Position numbers and translations under genes: made by a program
DNA from: an uncultured Bacillota bacterium
Lineage (GTDB): Bacteria > Sysuimicrobiota > Sysuimicrobiia > Sysuimicrobiales > Segetimicrobiaceae
Direction of reading: 5' to 3'
NCBI GenBank assembly: GCA_963804645.1
Contig: CAWDRG010000017.1
Coordinates: 672,001 to 736,000, forward strand
Length of the DNA: 64,000 nucleotides
The notes under the pieces: model-generated
Told to the model about the DNA's origin: nothing
The model's input: the letters and a program-made list of their open reading frames with translations, nothing else
Databases searched by the model: none
Shown: positions 1 to 10,145 of the stretch, one piece after another
How positions within the stretch are numbered: position 1 is the first letter of the stretch
Layout: each line of letters starts with the position of its first letter

Positions 1-50
1 ATCTGCTCGGATGACCGCGCGGCCCCGCGCCCACGAGCGGGCGGCCTGGT

Positions 51-80
51 TTGACAGCGCGGGCGCTGCGTCGGCATACT
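51..80 (+). promoter_or_regulatory. Putative sigma70-type promoter for the crotonase/CoA-ligase pair
   Basis: TTGACA at 51-56, 18-nt spacer, CATACT at 75-80, then GGGAGG RBS and ATG at 117. Confidence 0.5.
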
Positions 81-116
81 AACCACTGGATCGACTCCCC
101 GGGAGGGCAGACCCTC

Positions 117-890
117 ATGGCCGCATTCGTTCTCACCGCACGCCGAGGCGTAGTCGCGATCATCACGCTCAATCGCCCGGACGTCCTCAATGCCTGGCAC
201 GCGCCGATGCGCCGTGAGCTGGTCGACGCGCTCGCCGCGTGCGACGCGGATCCTGGAGTGCGGGCCATCGTGCTCACCGGCGCCGGCGACCGGGCGTTCA
301 GCGCCGGACAGGACCTCAACGAAGCCAAGGAGTTCGACCCCGATCGGGCGGAGGAATGGATCCGCGAGTGGGAGCGGCTGTACGACCAGATCCGACGCCT
401 GTCGAAGCCGGTGGTCGCGGCGCTCAACGGGGTCGCGGCCGGCTCCGCGTTCCAGGTGGCGCTGCTGTGCGACTTTCGGATCGGCCACCGAGGCGTGCGG
501 ATGGGCCAGCCCGAGATCAACGCCGGCATCGCGAGCACCACCGGGCCCTGGATCATGCGGGAGATGCTGGGGCTGGCGCGCACCATCGATCTGACGCTGA
601 CGGGCCGCCTCATGGACGCCGCCGAATGCCTCGCGGTCGGGGTGATCAACCGGGTCGTGGAGCCGGACCAGGTGCTGCCGGCGGCGCTTGCGCTCGCCGA
701 TGAGCTCGCGGCGAAGCCGCCGGTGGCGATGCGTCTCGACCGGCAGCGATTCCGTGAAATGACGCAAGAGGGATTCCGCGACTGCCTCGAGGCCGGCATC
801 CGCATCCAGCGGGAGGCCTTCGCCTCGCACGAACCGGCCGAGATGATGGAGCGGTTTCTCGCACAGCGTGCGGGGGGCAAGCGGGCGTAG
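117..890 (+). CDS. Enoyl-CoA hydratase/isomerase (crotonase) family protein
   Basis: ITLNRPDVLNA, AFSAGQDL, KPVVAALNGVAAGS and GQPEINAG crotonase motifs; ATG at 117 after RBS. Confidence 0.92.
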   Translation: MAAFVLTARRGVVAIITLNRPDVLNAWHAPMRRELVDALAACDADPGVRAIVLTGAGDRAFSAGQDLNEAKEFDPDRAEEWIREWERLYDQIRRLSKPVVAALNGVAAGSAFQVALLCDFRIGHRGVRMGQPEINAGIASTTGPWIMREMLGLARTIDLTLTGRLMDAAECLAVGVINRVVEPDQVLPAALALADELAAKPPVAMRLDRQRFREMTQEGFRDCLEAGIRIQREAFASHEPAEMMERFLAQRAGGKRA

Positions 891-972
891 AGGCGTCGCG
901 GCGCCGGCGCCCCGCGGACCGCGTGACCCCTCGGGGCGCCCGTCCGAGACCCATCCCGCACCCCGCGCGACG

Positions 973-2511
973 ATGACGTACGACAGCAGCTTCGTCGACC
1001 TGCTCGGGCGCACCGCCCGCGCCGACCCGGACCGCGTGTTCGCGCGGTTCGACGGCGCGCCGATGACGGTCGGAGCCCTCCACCGACGGTCCGACGCGCT
1101 CGCGTCCAGCCTGCGGCGCCTCGGCGTCGAGACGGGCGCGCGCGTGGCCGTGATGCTGCGGAACAGTCCGGCCGCGCTGACCACGCTGTTCGCGCTCGGC
1201 AAAGCGGGGGTCGTGTGGGTGCCGGTCAACGCGCGCCTCCGCGGTGACGGGCTGCGCTTCATCCTGACACACGCAGAGCCGCGCCTCGCCATCGCGGACG
1301 CGGATCTCGTGCCCGCGATCCGCGAGTGCGGCGCCGTCCCGGAGTCGTCCCTGCTGGTGCTCGGCGGCGCGCCCGGCGCCGCGCGGCTGGACCCGCTGCT
1401 CGACGGCGGCGCGTCGTTCGACGAGCCGCCGCCCGACGGCCGGGCCGCGTTCGCGATCAGCTATACGTCCGGCACCACCGGCGCACCGAAGGGCGTCGTC
1501 GTCACGCACGAGATGCTGCGCCTCGCCGGCGAGGCCGCCGCACTCGTGTCCGCGGCGCGCGACGGGGATGTGCTGCTGGTCTGGGAGCCCCTCTACCACA
1601 TCGGCGGCTCGCAGCTCATCGTCCTCCCGCTCATCAAGCGGGTGACGCTCGCGATGGTGGAGCGCTTCAGCGCGAGCCGGTTCTGGCACCAGGCGCGCGC
1701 CTACGGCGCCACGCACGTGCACTATCTCGGCGGGGTGCTGCAGGTGCTGCTGAAGCAGCCGCCGAGCCCGCTCGACCGCTCGCACGGCGTGCGCGTCGCC
1801 TGGGGCGGCGGCTGTCCGCCCGACGTGTGGCGGGCGTGCCTCGACCGGTTCGGCGTGGAGATTCACGAGTGCTACGGCATGACGGAAGCCTCCAGCATCA
1901 CCACCTACAACGACACGGGCACGATCGGGGCCGTCGGCCGGCCGGTGCCGTGGTTTACGGTCGAGGTGCGTGATCCGCACGGACGTCCGGTCGAACCCGG
2001 CGAACGCGGTGAGATCACGGTGCGCGCGAACCGGCCGGGGGCGCTGTTCCCCGGGTACTTCCGAGACCCCGAGGCCACAACGCGGGCGCTGCGCGGCGGC
2101 GAGCTGCACACGGGCGATGTCGGCTCGTTCGACCGCGAGGGCAATCTGCGCTTTCACGGTCGGATGACCGACAGCGTGCGGTGCCGGGGCGAAAATGTGT
2201 CGGCGTGGGAAGTCGAACATGTCGCGGGCGTACACCCGGCCGTGGAAGACTGCGCGATGATCGGGGTGGCCGCGGAGATCGGCGAGCAGGAGATCAAGCT
2301 GTTCGTGAAGCTCAGGCCCGGCGCCCACCTGGGCCCCGCGGAACTCTCGGCGTGGCTCGGCGAACGGCTGGCGTCGTATCAGGACCCGCGGTACATCGCG
2401 ATCGTCGACGAGTTCGAGCGCACCCCGAGCCACCGCATCATGAAGCACCGGCTCTCCCGGGACACGGCCGGCTGCTGGGACCGCGACGCGCAGGCGCCGA
2501 AGCCGCGGTAG
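973..2511 (+). CDS. ATP-dependent acyl-CoA ligase (CaiC-like AMP-binding enzyme)
   Basis: YTSGTTGAPKG, YGMTE, HTGD, RCRGENVS and terminal RIMK adenylation motifs. Confidence 0.92.
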   Translation: MTYDSSFVDLLGRTARADPDRVFARFDGAPMTVGALHRRSDALASSLRRLGVETGARVAVMLRNSPAALTTLFALGKAGVVWVPVNARLRGDGLRFILTHAEPRLAIADADLVPAIRECGAVPESSLLVLGGAPGAARLDPLLDGGASFDEPPPDGRAAFAISYTSGTTGAPKGVVVTHEMLRLAGEAAALVSAARDGDVLLVWEPLYHIGGSQLIVLPLIKRVTLAMVERFSASRFWHQARAYGATHVHYLGGVLQVLLKQPPSPLDRSHGVRVAWGGGCPPDVWRACLDRFGVEIHECYGMTEASSITTYNDTGTIGAVGRPVPWFTVEVRDPHGRPVEPGERGEITVRANRPGALFPGYFRDPEATTRALRGGELHTGDVGSFDREGNLRFHGRMTDSVRCRGENVSAWEVEHVAGVHPAVEDCAMIGVAAEIGEQEIKLFVKLRPGAHLGPAELSAWLGERLASYQDPRYIAIVDEFERTPSHRIMKHRLSRDTAGCWDRDAQAPKPR

Positions 2512-2559
2512 CCGCGCGGGTCCTCGGGACACCACCGGTCCGCCGCGACCTCGCGGACC

Positions 2560-3858
2560 CTACACGCCGATCCCGTCCTCGACGAACCGACGCCGCCGCG
2601 TCTCACCCGCGACGGGGCGCAGCGCCCCCACCGTGCACAGCCGCTCGTAGTCGTCCGGTGCCTCACCGGCGAGGTGGCACGCCAGCAGGTACCCGTGGTA
2701 GTGGCACGCCATAACGCCGCTGCCGTTGTACCCGACGCTCGCATAGATGCGGCCGGGCTCGATCGGACCGAACAGCGGGCGGCTCCCGTCGGTGTGCGCG
2801 GTCACGCAGTGCCAGCGCCCCTCGAGCGCCATCCCGGGCACCCACGGGTAGCGGGCCACGTACGCGGCGACCGTCCCCGCATACGCGGACTCGAGGTCGG
2901 GCCAGCGCCAGGGGTCCCCGGATCCGTAGCCGAGCGTTTCCCGCATGGTCACGCGGCGATCCCGGGTCAGGCGCATCGTGTGCGTCCGAACGCCCACCTC
3001 GAGGCGCGCCGGGTACGCCGCGAGCCCGTAGGCGGCGACCTCCTGATCGGTCAGCGGGCGCGTCACGACCACGGCGTGGTGGACCGGCACCAGGCACGCC
3101 GCCGCGTCTCCGAGGAGCGACCCGTACGCGTTGGTCGCCAGCACCACGCGATCCGCCGTGATCGCGCCGGCGGGGCACGCAATCCGCGCCGGGCGCGCGG
3201 CCGACATGCCGAGCGCCGGCGTGTCTTCGTACAGCAGCACGCCGGCCCGCGCCGCGGCGCCGACCAAGCCGCTGACGAGTTTGCCCGGATGCAAACGGTA
3301 GCGGTCGGCGAGCGCGATCCCGCCGGCGTAAAACCGCGTCCCGACCGCCTCGAGCGCGGCCGCGTCGAGCCACCGCGCGGGCACGCCGAGTGCGTCCCAT
3401 GCCGTCGCTTCGTCCCGGAGCGCGGCCACGTCCGGCGCCGCGGCGAGCAGGAGGGTCGTCGCCGGCTGCACCTCGCAGTCGATGCCCTCCTCGTCGAGAA
3501 ACGCGAGCAGGCGCGCGTGGCCGCGCCGTCCGATCGCCTTGAACGTCTCGGAGCCGGCCGGGTCGCCGGCGAGCCGGCGCCGCCAGCCGGTATAGTACGC
3601 CCCGAACAACCCGGAGTTGCGCGAGCTCGCCCCGGAGCCGAGCCGGTGCGCCTCCACGACGGCAACCCGCAGGGACGGCGCGAGGCGGCGCAGGTAATAG
3701 CCGCACGCGAGCCCGGTAAAGCCGCCGCCGACGATCGCCACGTCCACGCGGATCTCGGCATCGAGCGCCGGATAGCGCGGCCACCGCGGCGCGTCCGCGG
3801 TCCAGAAGCTCTCCGGCGCCGAAGTCTCCTGCCTGGACGCGCGCGGGTCAGCGCTCAT
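2560..3858 (-). CDS. DAO-family FAD-dependent oxidoreductase (PuuB/OrdL-like)
   Basis: SFW N-terminus, VGGGFTG, GASSRNSG, LHPGKL, ATNAY, GYNGSG; ATGA overlap with upstream stop. Confidence 0.88.
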   Translation of the reverse strand: MSADPRASRQETSAPESFWTADAPRWPRYPALDAEIRVDVAIVGGGFTGLACGYYLRRLAPSLRVAVVEAHRLGSGASSRNSGLFGAYYTGWRRRLAGDPAGSETFKAIGRRGHARLLAFLDEEGIDCEVQPATTLLLAAAPDVAALRDEATAWDALGVPARWLDAAALEAVGTRFYAGGIALADRYRLHPGKLVSGLVGAAARAGVLLYEDTPALGMSAARPARIACPAGAITADRVVLATNAYGSLLGDAAACLVPVHHAVVVTRPLTDQEVAAYGLAAYPARLEVGVRTHTMRLTRDRRVTMRETLGYGSGDPWRWPDLESAYAGTVAAYVARYPWVPGMALEGRWHCVTAHTDGSRPLFGPIEPGRIYASVGYNGSGVMACHYHGYLLACHLAGEAPDDYERLCTVGALRPVAGETRRRRFVEDGIGV

Positions 3859-6233
3859 GGCCGGGGGTGGGACGCGTCGTGTTGGACCGAGGCGCTCCAC
3901 GCGGCCCGCACCTGTCCGGGCGTCATGGGGAGCGAGGTCAGCCGCACCCCGACGGCGTCGCGGATGGCGTTCGCGATCGCCCCCGCGCCCGGCACGACCG
4001 GCGGCTCACCCACGACACGCGCGCCGTACACGCCGTGGGCCAGCGGCACCTCCACGAGCTGCACTTCGATCGGCGGCACCGACCACGCGCGCGGAAGCGC
4101 ATAGTCCATGAGCGTGGCCGTCTGCAGGGTACCCTGGTCGTCGTACACCATCGCCTCGTACAGCGCCCAGCCGATCCCCTGGGCGACGCCGCCGTGCACC
4201 TGCCCCCGCACGGCCGGCGGGTTTATCGCGCATCCGACGTCGTGGACGGCGACGTACCGCTCCACCGTCACTAACCCGGTCTCGGGATCCACGCGCACCT
4301 CGGCGAGGTGCGCCGCGGCCGCCGCGGCGCGCTCCCGCGCCGCCACGACGCCGCGCCCGAAGATCGGCGCGTGGCGGCCGTTGTACTGCATCGTGAGCTT
4401 CGCGATCTCGGCGACGGACGTGCGGGTCCCCGGCACCCCGCGGACCGACACCCACCCGTCCGACAGCACGAGATCCTCGACCCCGACCTCGAGCGTCTCG
4501 GCGGCGATGCGGAGGCACTGTGCCCGCGCGTCGACCGCGGCCTGCTGCACCGCGAGCCCCATGGTGTACGTCGTCTTGCTCCCCGCCGACAGGCCCGCGT
4601 ACGGCGCGTGCGCCGTATCGGCCTCCTGAATCTGCACCATCTCCGCCGGCACGCCGAACGTCTCGGCCGCGATCAACGCGAGGCTGGTGTGCGCCCCCGT
4701 GATGTCCACGGACCCAACGATCACGTTCACGGTGCCGTCCTCATCCACGCGGCAGAGCGCGGCGGCCGGCTCCAAGCCGCCCCGCCACGGTGTCACCGCG
4801 ATCCCCGTGCCCCGGTTCGGCTCGCGGTGCCGGTCGCGCCACGCGGGGTGGTCCCGCAGGCGTTCGAGGCAGGTCCGCAGCCCGAGCGGCGGCCACGGCG
4901 CCCCGTCGTGCATCGCGTCGCCGTCGCCGATGAGATTCCGCAGGCGGAACTCCACGGGGTCGATCTCCAGCGCCGCGGCCAGATCGTCGATCTGCGACTC
5001 GACGGCGAACACCGCCGGCGTGGCCCCGGGCGCCCGGTACGAGCCGGCGGGCGCCTTGTGGGTCAGGACCTCGCACCCCTCGATGTCGAGATGCGGAATC
5101 CGATACGGCGCGCCGAGGGCGAGGCAGGCGAGCACCACCGGACTGCCGCGGAACGCTCCGGAATCGAAGGTCACGCGCGCTTCCAGCGCGGTGAGCCGTC
5201 CGTCCTTGCGCGCCGCCATCTTCACGCGGAAGATCGCGGGCGGCGCCGGGGTCGCGGTCTGAAACTCTTCCATACGGGTCAGCACGAGCGACACCGGACG
5301 GCGGAGCAGCACCGCGGCCGCGGCCACGAGCGGTTCGAGCAGCGCGAACTTGCCCCCGAACGCGCCGCCGACGGTCATCGGGACGACGCGCACGCGCCGC
5401 TCCGGCATCCGGAGGGCGCGCGCGACTTCGCTGCGGACGAAGAACTGCCCCTGGGTCGCGGTCCACACCGTCACATCGCCCGTCAGCGGATCGCACGCGG
5501 CGGCGGCGGCTCGCGGTTCGAGATATCCCTGGTGGACCATCGGGCTGCGGTACTCGCGCTCCACGCAGGCGTCGCCGTCCGCGAAACCCCTCGTGGGGTC
5601 CCCCCGGCGGTAGCGCACGGTCGTCCCGACGTTGCGGGCGGTCTCCGCCGACGCTCCGCCGGCGCCCGACGCATCGCCGCCGTGGGCGCCGGCCTCATCT
5701 CGCTGCCCCGACGTCCCCTCCGGCCACACCGGCGGCGCATCGGGACGCATCGCCTCGAGCGGATCCAGCAGCGGCACGAGCGGCTCGTACTCGACCCGCA
5801 CCAGCGCCGCCGCGTCCTGCGCGACGGCTTCATCCGGGGCCAGCACGAGCGCGACCGGCTGACCCGGAAATACGACGTGCCCCTGCGCTAGCAGCGCCTG
5901 GCTGCGCGACGTCGGCACACGCTCCATTGTCGGAAAATGCGCCGCCGTCAGCACGGTCACGCCGGCGAGCTGCTCCGCCTCGCTCGCGTCGATCCCGAGG
6001 ATGCGCGCGTGCGCGTACGGGCTCACGATCAGCCGCCCCCGCAGCATGTTGGGCAGCGTGAGATCGGCCGCATATGTCGCGCGCCCGGTGACCTTCTCGA
6101 GCCCGCCGCGCACGCGCGTCGGGGTGCCGACCGCGGCGAACCTCCCGCCCGCGGCGTCGGACCCGCGGCCGCCACGCGCCGTACGATCCACCGCCACACC
6201 GTCGCCGGCTGCGCGCCGGCCGTCGGCCGTCAC
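3855..6233 (-). CDS. Xanthine dehydrogenase-family molybdopterin-binding (large) subunit
   Basis: KVTGRATYAAD, SPYAHARI, HQGYLEP, VGGAFGGK, YRAPG, GQVHGGVAQGIG, GEPP; GTGA overlap with upstream gene. Confidence 0.93.
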   Translation of the reverse strand: MTADGRRAAGDGVAVDRTARGGRGSDAAGGRFAAVGTPTRVRGGLEKVTGRATYAADLTLPNMLRGRLIVSPYAHARILGIDASEAEQLAGVTVLTAAHFPTMERVPTSRSQALLAQGHVVFPGQPVALVLAPDEAVAQDAAALVRVEYEPLVPLLDPLEAMRPDAPPVWPEGTSGQRDEAGAHGGDASGAGGASAETARNVGTTVRYRRGDPTRGFADGDACVEREYRSPMVHQGYLEPRAAAAACDPLTGDVTVWTATQGQFFVRSEVARALRMPERRVRVVPMTVGGAFGGKFALLEPLVAAAAVLLRRPVSLVLTRMEEFQTATPAPPAIFRVKMAARKDGRLTALEARVTFDSGAFRGSPVVLACLALGAPYRIPHLDIEGCEVLTHKAPAGSYRAPGATPAVFAVESQIDDLAAALEIDPVEFRLRNLIGDGDAMHDGAPWPPLGLRTCLERLRDHPAWRDRHREPNRGTGIAVTPWRGGLEPAAALCRVDEDGTVNVIVGSVDITGAHTSLALIAAETFGVPAEMVQIQEADTAHAPYAGLSAGSKTTYTMGLAVQQAAVDARAQCLRIAAETLEVGVEDLVLSDGWVSVRGVPGTRTSVAEIAKLTMQYNGRHAPIFGRGVVAARERAAAAAAHLAEVRVDPETGLVTVERYVAVHDVGCAINPPAVRGQVHGGVAQGIGWALYEAMVYDDQGTLQTATLMDYALPRAWSVPPIEVQLVEVPLAHGVYGARVVGEPPVVPGAGAIANAIRDAVGVRLTSLPMTPGQVRAAWSASVQHDASHPRP

Positions 6234-7246
6234 GAGGGACGGAGACGCGCGTGGAGGCGCGGGTGATCGACGACCGCGCGATTCACCAGAAAGCGCGGCG
6301 GCCGGCCGGCGGCGACGTCGAGGATCGCCTGACACGCGCTGCGCCCGACGCCGACGTAGCACTCATCGGTCATGCACAGCGTGTGCGGCGAGAGGATCAC
6401 GTTCGGGAGCCGCAGCAGCGGATCGTGCGGATCGACCGGCTCGGACTCAAACACATCCAGCCCCGCCCCCTGGAGCCTGCCGCCGGCGAGCGCCTCCGTG
6501 AGGGCACGCTGATCCACGATCGGCCCCCGCGCGACGTTGATGAGAAACGCCGTCGGCTTCATCAGCGCGAGCCGCTCGGCGTTGATCAGGTGGGTCGTCT
6601 CGGCGGTCAGCGCGGCGCAGATGCAGACGACGTCGGCGCGCGCGAGGAGCGCCGGCAGGTCCACGAGCTCGACGCCCTCGGGCGCCGCGCTTGGCGCCAG
6701 GTGCGGATCGTACGCGATCCGCGTCATCCGAAACGGCGCGGCGAGCTCGCACACCTGGCGCCCGACGTTGCCGCACCCGATCATCCCGAGCACCCGCCCG
6801 GTCAGGCCCGTGCCGAACTGAAAGGTCTTTTCCCGCCACTCGCCGCGCCGGACCATCTGATCCTGGAGCACCAGCCGGTGGGTCAGCGCCAGCAGCAGGG
6901 TGATCGCGGCCACCGCGACCGACCGGCCGATCCCGTCCGGGGTGATCGTCACGGCGATCCCGCGGCGCGTACAGGCGTCGATGTCGACGGTGTCGTACCC
7001 CACCCCGAAGCGCGCGATGACCGCGAGCTGGTCCGCGCCGTCCAGCCCGTCTTCCGGAATCCGCGAGACCTGATCGAGCAGCGCGTCGCACCCCCGCAGC
7101 TGTCCGGGACGAATCTGGCCGGGCGGCCCCGGCAGCATCTCCCACGTCACCCCGGGCACAGGCACGAGACCGATCCGGGCGAGAAACGCGTCCGGATCGG
7201 CGATCCAGTAGCCTCGGGAAATGCCCACGCGGAACGGTCGGGTCAC
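6230..7246 (-). CDS. D-isomer-specific 2-hydroxyacid dehydrogenase (SerA-like)
   Basis: RFGVGYD, GCGNVG, INVARG, LDVFESEP, SPH. Confidence 0.92.
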   Translation of the reverse strand: MTRPFRVGISRGYWIADPDAFLARIGLVPVPGVTWEMLPGPPGQIRPGQLRGCDALLDQVSRIPEDGLDGADQLAVIARFGVGYDTVDIDACTRRGIAVTITPDGIGRSVAVAAITLLLALTHRLVLQDQMVRRGEWREKTFQFGTGLTGRVLGMIGCGNVGRQVCELAAPFRMTRIAYDPHLAPSAAPEGVELVDLPALLARADVVCICAALTAETTHLINAERLALMKPTAFLINVARGPIVDQRALTEALAGGRLQGAGLDVFESEPVDPHDPLLRLPNVILSPHTLCMTDECYVGVGRSACQAILDVAAGRPPRFLVNRAVVDHPRLHARLRPS

Positions 7247-7288
7247 GGCGGCCCTCCTCCTCGCAGAGTCTGACTTCGCCGGCCGGCG

Positions 7289-8707
7289 TCAGTCGTGCGG
7301 CGGCCGGCCGAGCTCGCTTCGGGGCATCGCGGCGAACCGCTGCAGCACCACGGCACTCGCGCGCACGCCGTTGAGGATCGACTCGATCGTCATGCTCTCG
7401 TTCGGTGCGTGGTTGTTCTCATCCGGCGGCGCGTACGTGGTCCAGATCGACGGGATCTTGAGCACGTCGGTAATCAGGTAGTTCGGACTCGATCCGCCGG
7501 TCACCGGGAGCACGACCGGCCGCACGCCGTAGGCCTCGGCCAGGGCATCGACGATGACCCGCGAGACCGGCAGCGCCGTCGACGTCTTCGACGGCCGGGT
7601 GCCATGCAGCTTGCGGACGGTCACGGTTGGGGCGTATCGCTCGACGTGCCGGCGGATCTTCGCGAAGATCTCGTCGGGCTCCTGATGGGAGGCGAGCCGC
7701 GTCTCGAGCTTCGCGAGCGCCCGCGACGGAATGGCCGTCCGGGCGCCCTTCCCCGTGTACCCGCCGGCGATGCCCCCCAGGGTGAGCGTCGGCTGGAACA
7801 TCATCTTCTCGTAGAACGACAGGTCGGAGGGTCCGTCGAACGCGGTGATCCCCAGGTTCGCGGCGACGGCCGCGGCGTCAAACGGCACCTGCAGCATGAG
7901 GGCGCGCTCCTGCGCGGTCGGCGGGACCACACGCTCGTAAAACCCCTCGATGCTGACGCGGCCGTCCGGCAGCCGCATCGTCGCGAGCAGGTCGATCAGC
8001 GTCCAGATCGCGTTGGGCGCGGGGCCGCCCCAAATGCCCGAGTGGAGGTCGCGGTTCGCGCCGACGGCCTCCAGCTCGACCTGCAGCACCCCGCGAAATC
8101 CGAATTTCGCGCTCGGCCGGCCGGAGAGATGCATCGACCCGTCCGGCGCGTAGAACAGATCCGCGCGCAGCAGATCCGCGTGGGCGTCGACGAACGCGGG
8201 CAGGCTCGGACTCCCGCTCTCCTCCTCCCCCTCCACCATGAACTTGATGTGGAGGCGCGGGAGCGCCTCCAACTCCGTCAGCAGCTGGATCGCGAACAGC
8301 GACGCGAGAAACTGTCCCTTGTTGTCCCCGACGCCGCGGCCGTAGATGCGGCCGTCGCGGATCGTCGGTTCAAACGGGGGACTCTGCCACGCTTCGTACG
8401 GCTCCGGCGGCTGCACGTCGTAGTGGCCGTACAGGAGAATCGTGTTCGCGTCGCCGTCGGCACGCCGTTCCGCGTAGACGACGGGGTTGCCCGCGGTCGG
8501 CATGACCTCGGCGTCCATCCCGTGCTCGTGAAAGATGTCCCGGAGCAGCTGGACGCACTCGCGAATCCCGACGCCCTGGCTGCTGATCGATGGCTGACGC
8601 ACGAGCCGGCAGACCGTGTCGACGTACCGGTCGCGCCGGGCGGCGATCGCCCGCGACAGCTCGTCGCGCGCGACCGTCCGGGGCGGGTCGCGCCTCGGCC
8701 GCGCCAT
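7289..8707 (-). CDS. M20 family metallopeptidase/amidohydrolase (copy 1)
   Basis: YGHYDVQP, RGVGDNKG, EGEEESGS, DLHSG, NHAPNE. Confidence 0.93.
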   Translation of the reverse strand: MARPRRDPPRTVARDELSRAIAARRDRYVDTVCRLVRQPSISSQGVGIRECVQLLRDIFHEHGMDAEVMPTAGNPVVYAERRADGDANTILLYGHYDVQPPEPYEAWQSPPFEPTIRDGRIYGRGVGDNKGQFLASLFAIQLLTELEALPRLHIKFMVEGEEESGSPSLPAFVDAHADLLRADLFYAPDGSMHLSGRPSAKFGFRGVLQVELEAVGANRDLHSGIWGGPAPNAIWTLIDLLATMRLPDGRVSIEGFYERVVPPTAQERALMLQVPFDAAAVAANLGITAFDGPSDLSFYEKMMFQPTLTLGGIAGGYTGKGARTAIPSRALAKLETRLASHQEPDEIFAKIRRHVERYAPTVTVRKLHGTRPSKTSTALPVSRVIVDALAEAYGVRPVVLPVTGGSSPNYLITDVLKIPSIWTTYAPPDENNHAPNESMTIESILNGVRASAVVLQRFAAMPRSELGRPPHD

Positions 8708-8741
8708 CAGGGCCGCGCGCCGCCCCCCGCACGCGGGCGCG

Positions 8742-10130
8742 TCACGCGTGCGGGGGGCGCCCGAGATCGCTGCGGGGCATCTCGGCGAAGCGCTGCAGCA
8801 CGGTGGCGCTCGCGCGCACCCCGTGGAGAATCGAGTCGATCGTCATGTTCTCGTTCGGCGCGTGGTTGTTCTCGTCCGGCGGCCCGTAGGTCGTCCAGAT
8901 CGACGGGATCTTGAGCACGTCGGTGATGAGATAGTTCGGGCTCGATCCGCCGGTGAGGGGCACGACGACCGCGGGCACGCCGTAGGCCTCGCTCAGCGCC
9001 TCGACGACCACGCGCGACACCGGAAGCTCGGGCGAGGTCTTGGACGGCCGGGTGCCGTGCAGCTTGCGGACCGCGACGTCGGGGGCGTACCGCTCGACGT
9101 GCCGGCGGATCTTGCCGAAGATCTCGTCGGGATCCTGGTGCGCGGCGAGCCGGCACTCCAGCTTGGCGAGCGCCGTGGACGGGATCGCCGTCCGGGCGCC
9201 CTTGCCCGTGTATCCGCCGATGATGCCGCCGAGGTTGAACGTCGGCTGAAACATCACCTGCTCGTAGTAATACAGGTCGCGCGGCCCGGCGAACTCCGTG
9301 ATGCCGAGGTTCGCCTTCACCGCCTCCGCGTCGAACGGGACCTCGAGCATGAGCGTCCGTTCGTGCGGGGTCGGCGGCACCACCCGCTCGTAGAATCCCT
9401 CGATCGTGACGCGGCCGTCGGGAAAGCGCATCGTCTTGAGCAAGTCCACGAGCTTCCAGATCGCGTTCGGCACCGGGCCGCCCCAGATGCCCGAGTGGAG
9501 GTCTCGGTTCGCGCCCTTGGCTTCCAGCTCGACCTGGAGCACGCCGCGGAATCCGAACTGTGCGATCGGCCGGTTCAGGATATGCATCGGCCCGTCGGGC
9601 GCGTAGAACAGATCCGCCCGGAGCATCTCGGCGTGCTGCTCGACGAACGCGGGCAGGCTGGGACTCCCGCTCTCTTCCTCGCCCTCGAAGATGAACTTGA
9701 TGTTCACGCGCGGGAGCGCCCCGAGATCCGTCAGCAGCTTGATCGCGAACAGCGAGGCGAGAAACTGCCCTTTGTTGTCCCCCACCCCGCGGCCGTAGAT
9801 GCGGCCGTCGCGGATCGTCGGCTCAAACGGCGGGCTGAGCCACGCCTCGTACGGTTCCGGCGGCTGCGTATCGTAGTGGCCGTACAGCAGGATCGTGTTC
9901 GCATCGTCGCCCGCGCGCCGCTCGGCGAACACCACGGGATTGCCCGACGTGGACATGATCTCGGCGCTCATCCCATGCGCCCGGACGATCTCGCGGAGCA
10001 GAGCCGCGCACTCGTGAATGCCGACGCTCTGGCTGCTTACGGACGGCTGGCGCGCCAGGCGGCAGACCGTCTCGACGTACGCGTCGCGCCGGTTGACGAT
10101 CTCCGTCCACAGCTCGCGGCTCCCGACCAT
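8742..10130 (-). CDS. M20 family metallopeptidase/amidohydrolase (copy 2, tandem paralog)
   Basis: Same motifs; long stretches identical to 7289..8707. Confidence 0.93.
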   Translation of the reverse strand: MVGSRELWTEIVNRRDAYVETVCRLARQPSVSSQSVGIHECAALLREIVRAHGMSAEIMSTSGNPVVFAERRAGDDANTILLYGHYDTQPPEPYEAWLSPPFEPTIRDGRIYGRGVGDNKGQFLASLFAIKLLTDLGALPRVNIKFIFEGEEESGSPSLPAFVEQHAEMLRADLFYAPDGPMHILNRPIAQFGFRGVLQVELEAKGANRDLHSGIWGGPVPNAIWKLVDLLKTMRFPDGRVTIEGFYERVVPPTPHERTLMLEVPFDAEAVKANLGITEFAGPRDLYYYEQVMFQPTFNLGGIIGGYTGKGARTAIPSTALAKLECRLAAHQDPDEIFGKIRRHVERYAPDVAVRKLHGTRPSKTSPELPVSRVVVEALSEAYGVPAVVVPLTGGSSPNYLITDVLKIPSIWTTYGPPDENNHAPNENMTIDSILHGVRASATVLQRFAEMPRSDLGRPPHA

Positions 10131-10145
10131 CCCGCGGCCCCCAGC

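Noticed and set aside
3855..6233. Aerobic CO dehydrogenase coxL
   Set aside because: Lacks the AYxCSFR and AYxGAGR loops; no coxM, coxS or accessory genes
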